DNA of 64,000 nt from Opitutus sp. GAS368 (GTDB taxonomy: Bacteria > Verrucomicrobiota > Verrucomicrobiia > Opitutales > Opitutaceae), in assembly GCA_945868215.1 (NCBI GenBank), contig CAMBLN010000001.1, positions 5,424 to 69,423 on the forward strand, read 5' to 3'. The notes beneath the pieces were generated by a model. That model was given only the letters and a program-made list of their open reading frames with translations. It was not told the origin of the DNA and ran no database searches. The position numbers were made by a program, and so were the translations under genes. Below are positions 56,932 to 64,000 of the stretch, one piece after another. Position 1 is the stretch's first letter. Each line of letters begins with the position of its first letter.

Positions 56932-59696
56932 ATGGATCACCCACGCAGCCACGCAGCCTCGCGCCTCGCGCCTCCCGCAACCTCAGCGCCGCCCTTCTCG
57001 GGGCGTTTCTCGCCCTCGGACCCGTCACCTACGCCGAACTCGTTCTGAGCACAGGCTTCAACGCCTTCACCACCTCCGCAGTCGACAGCATCAAGGTCAA
57101 CGGCGCCTTCGACTCTGGCGTCGCCCTGACCGGCGCCGGAAGCAACAACGCCTCACCCGCGGGCTTCTGGATCGTGCCCGACGCCGCGTCAGTAGACCTC
57201 GCCGGTCGCGCCCGCCTCGAGTTTCCCGCGGTTCTCACCGGCGGGGCGGCGTTTGCCTACGGCGACGCTTCCTTCGCCAACAGCCAGCTGAAGAAGGGCA
57301 CCATTTTCACCACCCGTGGCGATTTCACCCACGCCCTCGGAACCGTCACGGCGGTGATGCGCTACGGGACCGCAACGTCTCCAAATCGCGGATACGTTCA
57401 GATCGGCAACGCCTCGCTCCACGACGCCCGCTTCAACATTCCCTTTGAGATCAAGGCCGGCGCCTCACCCCGCTCCAACTGGTCCCTCTCCTTCCGCTAC
57501 GGCACCGGCGGCACCACCGCCCACACCTGGCACACCAACACCGCCGCCCAAAACGGCTCCGCCACCGCCGCCATTTATGCCGTCGACCCGGCCACCGGCG
57601 TCGTCGCCACCAGCCCGGCCGTGAGCTTCACCTCGGTGAATCTCGCCGGCGCCGGCCCCACCGCCGCGCTCTCCGCCCTCGATGCCGGGGCCGCCCTCGG
57701 CCCGGGCTCCTACGTTCTCAGCGTCCGGCTCTCCGGCAAGACCCTGAATCAGCGCTATACCTTCGACGACCTCGCCGTCTCGGCCGACTCCGGCCCAGTG
57801 GAGGTCATCCTCGACAACGCCGCCGCAACCGGCCTGACGCTCACCGGCTCTTGGACCACCGCCACCACCCCCTCGGGCTACTACGGCTCCGATTACCTCC
57901 ACGATGGCCTCGCCGGCAAAGGCGCAAAGTCCGTGACCTACGCCCCCGCCCTCCAAGCGGGCGTTTACGCCGTCAGCATCCGCTACCCCGCCGCCACCAA
58001 CCACGACGCCAACGTCCCCGTCGACATCGCCCACGCCCAGGGCACCGACTACGTCACTATCGACCAGACCACCGGCGGCGGCGACTGGATCCTGCTCGGC
58101 AATTACCGCTTCGATGCCGGCTCCACTGGCTCCGTCACCATCGGCACCGCCGGCACCACCGCCCTCGTCGTCGCCGACGCGGTGAAGTTCGCCCCCATCG
58201 GCGAACCCTCCGACGTCGAGGTCCTGGCCGACGGCCTCATCGACTGGCGCACCCCCGACGGCGACGGCATCTCCTGCGCCCAGTGCCACGGCCCCGCCGG
58301 CTACGACGTCGCCGTGTTCTCCTTCAACCAGACAGACCTCCGCCGCGCCACCGCACCCCACCTCGACGACGCCGCCGCCGACCGCATCTTCAAGATGATC
58401 GAGCTGCATCGCCGCAACTACCCGCCCGCCGATGGCCTCAAGGACGTCGCCACCTTCCGCCCCTTCCAGCCCACCGGCGTCGTCCTCGGCGGCGCCACCG
58501 CCACGCAGGAGGCCCGCGATGCCGCCTTCGGCAACCACGTCGCGAGCAACTTCCTCTACGGCTCCGGCCGCATCGACACTCTCGCCGAGGCCCAGGCCGC
58601 CCGCGACCAGCTCGTCGCCCTCGACATCGACTCCGTTCCCATCGGCATCTCCTTCAACCGCTGGTCCGAATCCGTCTCCCGCCAGGGCGCGCAGGACGGC
58701 GGCAAGATCTCCGAATGGCTCCCCGGCATCGGCCTCCAGGTCGTTGGCGCCAACGCCGCCGCCTTCGAGGCCCTCGAGGACGCCTACGTCGCCAACCCCA
58801 CCGACGCCAACTTCTGGGCCGTCTTCCACAAAATCGACGCCTGGACCACCCCCGACCCCCACAACGTCGGCCCCGTCCTCGACAGCCAGTGGGTTCGCAT
58901 GGCCAAGAGCCAGCTCAAGTCCAACCTCATCTTCCAACACGACGAGCTCTTGAAATCCCAGGGCATCACCGACTGGGTCACCGGCCGCACCACCGTGCGC
59001 CCCTTCCAGGACCAGGAAGGCAAGGGCAGCACCCTCTCCTTCATCTGGGACGTTGCCGACGCTGCCCGTATCGCGAAGAACACCCCCTTCGCCAACCTGC
59101 CGATGCGCCACCAGGGCTCGATGTTCATCGACTCCGCCAACACGGTTCCCTCCCAGATCAACCGCCTCCGCAATACTTGGTTCTACCTCGGCTGGACCGT
59201 TGATCACAGCCTCTTCTTCACCGGCCCCAGCAACCCGAGCCGCTCCGGCGAATACTTCATCGAGCAGCTCTGGACGGAGAACCTTCGCGCCCACCAGGTC
59301 TTCTTCAACACCGTGCACAACGTGAAGCGCGGTTTCCTGCCCGGCGGCTGGGCCACCGGCAACATGGGCGGCCCGGTCCAATACTACAGCTCCCAGAAAC
59401 CCTACTACCTCTCCTACAACAAGTATAAGAAGGGCACCGACGCCCCAGGCTATCCCGGCTCCGCCGCCACCTACAAGGCACAGCTCGCCAACAGCGTTCG
59501 CATGATGGCCCTGCTCCACGACCAGGACATCAAGGACAAGGGCAAGGTCTACGGCCCGGGCGGCAAGCCCGTCATCCTCACCCACGTCGAGACCATGCGC
59601 CAGGCGCTCGACTGGGCCGACCTCGCCAACAAGACCCAGAACGACGCCATCCTCGACGCCCTCATCGCCACGGTAAACGCGTATCCGATTCCCTGA
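56932..59696 (+). CDS. Secreted multidomain protein: beta-rich N-domain, Golvesin/xanthan-lyase-type CBM-like domain, c-type heme motif CAQCH, unknown helical domain. The 5' end is frameshifted relative to ATG 56932.
   Basis: The frame of ORF 57174..59696 is open back to 56859 and encodes a signal peptide (NLSAALLGAFLALGPVTYA) but has no ATG/GTG/TTG. Removing one 8-bp repeat unit puts ATG 56932 in frame (918 aa). CxxCH at 58275-58289. Confidence 0.7.
56941..56970 (+). repeat. Adjacent short tandem repeats (CCACGCAG)x2 (CCTCGCG)x2 in the 5' end of a gene
   Basis: Directly visible: 56941-56948/56949-56956 and 56957-56963/56964-56970. Confidence 0.85.
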
Positions 59697-59733
59697 CACA
59701 CCCTGATCGCCCCCACCACCACCGCCCCCGCCG

Positions 59734-59762
59734 CGCCCCGCGCGCGGGGGCGTTTTGCTTTT
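59734..59762 (+). terminator. Possible intrinsic terminator
   Basis: CGCCCC-N7-GGGGCG stem (59734-59752) followed by TTTTGCTTTT, downstream of the stop at 59696. Confidence 0.45.
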
Positions 59763-59791
59763 CGCCCCTCATTCCTCCACCCCTTTCCGCC

Positions 59792-60226
59792 ATGCGCCCC
59801 GCCCTCCTCCTTCTCGCCGCCACCCTCGCCCTTCCCGCCTCCGCCTCCCCGGCCGCCGACGCGCCGCCCGCCACCTCCACAGCCCCCGCTCCGCGCCTCG
59901 CCTCCCTCACCATCGACGCCGCCCTGGGTCTCGCCCGCGCCCACCTCGCGGACGCCGAACCCGCCGAGGCCGCCCGCGAGATCGTCGGCGCCCATTTCAT
60001 CCCTCCCCACGGCCGCGCCGGCTCCGGCTTCTGGCTCGTCGATCTCGCCCCCTACCCCTCCGACCGCCCCAGCCCGGCCGCCGCCTTCACCAGCCTACTC
60101 ATCGCCATGGACGGCACCATCGAGCGCCGCGGCGCCCGCCGCCCCCTCTCCCCCGACGAACAAAAAGCCCGCGACGAAAAAGCCGCCAACCTCCAGCGCC
60201 TCATGCGCTCCTCAACCGCGCCGTGA
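59792..60226 (+). CDS. Small exported hypothetical protein
   Basis: 144 aa with signal peptide MRPALLLLAATLALPASA; codon usage matches the neighbouring genes. Confidence 0.65.
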   Translation: MRPALLLLAATLALPASASPAADAPPATSTAPAPRLASLTIDAALGLARAHLADAEPAEAAREIVGAHFIPPHGRAGSGFWLVDLAPYPSDRPSPAAAFTSLLIAMDGTIERRGARRPLSPDEQKARDEKAANLQRLMRSSTAP

Positions 60227-60263
60227 GGGGCCGTTTCAACTGGCACGCAGCCGTCGTTCCGAT

Positions 60264-60284
60264 GTAGGCAGTCCGCTTGCGGAC
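60264..60284 (+). repeat. REP-like GTAG + hairpin (GTCCG-CTTG-CGGAC)
   Basis: GTAG at 60264-60267 followed by a perfect hairpin with a CUUG tetraloop, between convergent genes. Confidence 0.35.
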
Positions 60285-60377
60285 GGTCCGTCCGGACATC
60301 GAACCGTGAAAGCGCCCGCAAACGTGGTGCCCGCTCGGCGACGACTACGCTCAAAATCCTCTCAACTCTGAAAAGGT

Positions 60378-61715
60378 TCACCCGTCGGCATCGGCCCGCC
60401 CCGCAAGCGCGAACGGCTCCGCCCCGCCGAGGTGGAGCCGCTCGACATCCCGCGCCCACAAATCCTCAAAACCCTCCGCGCCCGGCCCCGCCGCCGCCCG
60501 GTCTACCCGGCAATCCCGCAACACCAGCCCGCGCACATGCTGCGCCACGAACGCCGCCCGCGCCGCCCGCGCCTCCGGCGTCCGCGGCGAAAACTGGTTT
60601 CCCTTCCGCGCCCCGTCCGGCTGCCCGCAGTCAAACGTGTCCCGCAGGAAAAACATCACGCCTCTCAGCGTGATGTTCTCCACCGGGTGCCCCGGCTCGC
60701 CCGTGATCAGCACCCGGCCGTTCGAGTGACAGATGAAATTGTCCACCGTCACGTTCCTTATCCGCCCCGGCCGCGACTCCTCCGTCGCCCGCGCGCTGTC
60801 GATGTGGATCGGCTGGTTGTGGTCCGCGTTCGCGAAGGCGTGCCCCACGATGTTGCTCACCGCGATGTTCTCCAACGTGCCGCCGTTGCGGCAGTAGAGC
60901 GCGAAGATCGCCACGCTCTCCCGCACCACGCAGTTCGAGAACACCACGTCCCGCATGTCGTGGAACGACTCCAGCGCCCCCAGCTTCAGCGCCCGGCACC
61001 GCGTCGTGATCGAGCAGTTCGTCACCGTCACCCGCTCGCAGCTCCGCGAATCGGGCGTCGTCTTCAGCACCACCGCGTCGTCGCCCGCCTGTATCAGACA
61101 ATCCGATACGCGCACGTCCCGGCATCCGTCGATGTCGATCCCGTCCGTGTTCGGCCCGCCCAGGTCGTTCAGGATCGAGACGCCGCGCACCACCACGTCG
61201 TCGCAACGCTTCAGATGCAGCGTCCAGCCAGGCGAGTTCGCGATCTCCACGCCCTCGATTTGCAGGCGCCGGCAGTCCTTGAACTCCAGCATCGGGCTCG
61301 GGCGCTTCGCCAGCTCCCGATACCAGCCCCACGCGTTGGGCTACTTTTCCCAGAACGCCGGACCGCTCCCGTCGATCCGCCCGCCCCCGCTGATCCGCAG
61401 GTTCCCGCACCCGTGCGCGACAAGGAGATGATAGGGCTGGAGATCCTTCTGTAACCCCGCGCCCAGGTCCTCGTAGTCCTCGATCCGCGGCGAGCCGAGC
61501 AACACCGCCCCCGGAGCGAGCTCGAGATGCAGGTTCGAGCGCAGGTGCAGCGTGCCGACAAGAAATACTCCGGGCGGCACGACGACGTGGCCGCCGCCGC
61601 CAGGGGCCGCCGCCGCGTCGATCGCGGCCTGCAGGGCGCGCGTGTCCGGCGTGCGGCCGTCTCCGACGGCGTTCTCGACAAAGACACGTCGCGGGGATGA
61701 AGCGGAAATGTTCAT
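60378..61715 (-). pseudogene. GH28-like glycoside hydrolase #4 interrupted by an in-frame TAG
   Basis: ORFs 61341..61928 and 60378..61292 share a frame and read ...GPAFWEK*PNAWGWYRELAKRPSPMLEF...; the TAG is at 61341-61343. Motifs NTDGID and GDDAVVLKT. Start ATG at 61715. Confidence 0.8.
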
Positions 61716-61800
61716 ATGAAAAAGCCGCACCCGATTACCGGATGCGGCTGCTTGTGCGGGCTTGATTGGTCGGGAGAACGTCAGGCGCCCCGCGCCGCCA

Positions 61801-64000
61801 TCAGGCGCGACGACGGCGACGGAGAGCGGAGAGCGCCAGCGCGCCGACTCCCGCGAACGCGGCGAAGGCCGAGGACTCCGGGATGGTGGCCAGAGTGAGA
61901 TAACCGAACGCGTCGATTCCGGCGGCACCGCCGTTGATGCTGATCTTCCCGAGCTGCGCCGAGGTGAGGCCGAATTCGTTCGACCCGAAACGAAGGCTCA
62001 CGCCGTCCACGAAAGATCCGGAGACCGAGAGCAGGGAGGAACCCCAGTCGATGCTGGCGCTGTCCGCGAACACCAGCGCGCCGCCGACCCCGAGCGTCAG
62101 GAAGCTGTTGGCGGTCAGGGAGAGCGTGCCGACCGTGTCGGTGAATCCGCCCACCGCAAACGTGCCGCCGCCGAGCACGATGTTGGACGAGTTCGAGAGG
62201 ACGTTGCTTGCGCCGAGAGCCAGAGTGCCGGCCGTGATGCGGGTGATGCCGTTGTAAGTGTTGACACCGGTGAGTTCGAGGACACCCGCGCCGGTTTTAT
62301 TGATACCGATACCGGACTTGCCGCTGGAGATGATCCCGCTGATCACGCCGCGGTCGGCCGTCGAGCCGGTGTTGTCCAGCACCCGAATCTCGCGCTCGCC
62401 GGTATAGGTCGAGGAAACAGCGGCCAGATTGAGCGCGTTTCGAAAGGTCACCTTGTGGGCGGAGATCGTCGAGTTGAGGATCAAGGGAGCGTTGTCGGCC
62501 AGGAAATTGGCCGTGCCGCCGTTGCCGGTCGGAGCGGCGATGGTGACGGTGGGGGCGGTGGAGTAGCCCGTGCCGCCAGCGGTGATGTTAAAGCCGGTCA
62601 CCACGCCGTCGGTAATCGTCGCCGTGCCCGCGGCGCCCGAGCCACCACCCCCGGTAAAGCCAAGATTCACGGTTCCGCTGTAACCGGTGCCGCCAAAGTA
62701 GATCGTGCTCAATCCGGTGACGCTGATGCCGTTTACCGTCGCGGTTGGAATCTGCGCGGCGGTGGAACCACCCCACGTCATCATCGCTCCCGCGTTGCCG
62801 ATGTTGGCGTCGATGTCGGCGCCGTAGGCGGCAAAACCGCCGCCGGCCGCACCGAAACGGATTTGGTTACTTCCCGTGCCCAAACCCATGGTGATGTTGT
62901 CCGGGGCCGCGATCGCGCCCCCGTTCAACGCGGTATTGCCACCACGAACGTTCACCTCGCCGGTGGGAGCGAAGGCGAACACGCCGCCGTTGGCGAAGAT
63001 GGTTCCCACGATGTTATTGGCGGCGTTATTGTAAATAAGCGCACCGGCACCGGTTTTGCCCAACTGGCGGGAGTCGTTCGAAAACCCGGCCAATGAACCC
63101 GTCACCGTGAGGGAATCTGCATCCACCTGAATAGTTCCAGGCGTGCGGTTGCTGCCACCGAGATTGGCGATGTTCCCCGCCCAAGTGTTGTTGCCGCTCT
63201 CGCTCCGCAATCCCGGCGTGGTGCTGTAACCGATCACAATGTTTTCGGCGTAGCTCAGGCCGCCGCGAACCACCAAGGATCCTCCGGTGGAAATGGTCGT
63301 GGATCCGGCGGTGGTGCCCAACGCATTGGCGTTATCCGCATACAGGGTAACACCGGCTCCAACCGTAACCGCTCCGCGATAGTCGTTATTACCGCTCAAG
63401 CGAACCTCCGGGGAACCCGCCGAGGCGGTAAAGTTCCAACCGGCACCTGTCGCCAATCCCGCATCCGTGACATTTGCCTGGATATCGAGATCAAGGCCGG
63501 TGGCATTGTCTGCAAGGCTCACACCGCGTAACGATCCCGCCAAACCCAAGTTCACGTTACCCGTGATCGTGGACACCACGGTGCCGTTCACAATGGCGGA
63601 ACCGGAATTGTTGCCGCCAAAAGTCCACGTGTTGGATCCGGTTTGGACCGTTCCGCCCGAGAGCGTGATCTTGCTGTTACCCCCCCCCGACCAGGCAAAG
63701 GCGGCATCGAAACCATTGAGATCCAGAAGCCCCCCTACACCGACCGTGAAAATAGTGGCCGCATTCGTCTGCGACCCACCCAGCCACCTGACCACCGAGC
63801 CATCGCCGACCGACGTGCTTCCAATCAAAGCGTTTACACCTCCGGTTTTGCCGAGATCCAGATCCGCACCGTTTTGCAGCGTGATGGTTGACGAATGGGT
63901 GTTCGCGGAACTGCCGCTCAAGACCAGCTTGCCCGGTCCGTCTACAATGAATCCATTCGCCCCACCCAACACTCCGCTCAGCTCCAGCGTGTTGCCCGTG
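61801..64000 (-). CDS. 5'-truncated PEP-CTERM surface protein with autotransporter-associated beta-strand repeats
   Basis: Repeats such as INKTGAGVLELTGVNTYNGITRITAGTL; C-terminal IPESSAFAAFAGVGALALSALRRRRRA sorting signal. The frame is open to the window edge. Confidence 0.88.
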   Translation of the reverse strand, partial: TGNTLELSGVLGGANGFIVDGPGKLVLSGSSANTHSSTITLQNGADLDLGKTGGVNALIGSTSVGDGSVVRWLGGSQTNAATIFTVGVGGLLDLNGFDAAFAWSGGGNSKITLSGGTVQTGSNTWTFGGNNSGSAIVNGTVVSTITGNVNLGLAGSLRGVSLADNATGLDLDIQANVTDAGLATGAGWNFTASAGSPEVRLSGNNDYRGAVTVGAGVTLYADNANALGTTAGSTTISTGGSLVVRGGLSYAENIVIGYSTTPGLRSESGNNTWAGNIANLGGSNRTPGTIQVDADSLTVTGSLAGFSNDSRQLGKTGAGALIYNNAANNIVGTIFANGGVFAFAPTGEVNVRGGNTALNGGAIAAPDNITMGLGTGSNQIRFGAAGGGFAAYGADIDANIGNAGAMMTWGGSTAAQIPTATVNGISVTGLSTIYFGGTGYSGTVNLGFTGGGGSGAAGTATITDGVVTGFNITAGGTGYSTAPTVTIAAPTGNGGTANFLADNAPLILNSTISAHKVTFRNALNLAAVSSTYTGEREIRVLDNTGSTADRGVISGIISSGKSGIGINKTGAGVLELTGVNTYNGITRITAGTLALGASNVLSNSSNIVLGGGTFAVGGFTDTVGTLSLTANSFLTLGVGGALVFADSASIDWGSSLLSVSGSFVDGVSLRFGSNEFGLTSAQLGKISINGGAAGIDAFGYLTLATIPESSAFAAFAGVGALALSALRRRRRA

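Noticed and set aside
56834-57448. ORF 56834..57448 as a separate gene
   Set aside because: The translation is Arg/Pro-rich nonsense; the real coding frame is that of 57174..59696.
61341-61343. Amber recoding (pyrrolysine or alternative genetic code) to explain the TAG in GH28
   Set aside because: TAG acts as a true stop at 22152-22154, the position is a variable loop rather than a catalytic residue, and no pyl genes are seen.
1-64000. CRISPR arrays, tRNA/rRNA genes, transposases, integrases, prophage genes
   Set aside because: No regularly spaced direct repeats, RNA-gene signatures or mobile-element motifs were recognised by eye. A covariance-model search (tRNAscan/Infernal) would be needed to exclude small ncRNAs.

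Overview
High-GC bacterial DNA, most likely Verrucomicrobiota (Opitutaceae-like). This is inferred from a Verru_Chthon cassette A-like pilin, a PEP-CTERM protein and a Verrucomicrobia-type C-terminal domain. Almost the whole window is one large glycan-utilisation region without a SusC/SusD pair. It holds a sugar catabolic trio (aldolase-like, D-lyxose isomerase, PfkB kinase), GH92, GH10, GH52, GH130, two GH29, GH16, a GH42-like enzyme, four GH28-like enzymes, a heparinase II/III-like protein, an SGNH esterase and a LacI regulator. A long operon runs TPR-TPR-ExbB-ExbD-ExbD-(TonB-anchor/vWA) directly into an unusual ABC importer: a binding protein fused to a permease, plus a second permease with a large insert carrying GH42-like 'LNAAWGT' modules. 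A palindromic box, T(G/T)TA(A/T)CG(A/T)TnnA, recurs about 10 times in intergenic regions. These include sites upstream of two paralogous unknown secreted proteins, the orphan pilin-like gene and a CBM-like + CxxCH cytochrome gene. Four genes carry lesions: a 1-nt frameshift in a ~2150-aa metalloprotease, an apparent internal deletion, an 8-bp tandem duplication that puts the cytochrome gene's ATG out of frame, and an in-frame TAG in a GH28 gene. No rRNA, tRNA, CRISPR array, transposase or integrase was recognised. All family calls come from motif recognition by eye; no database search was run.
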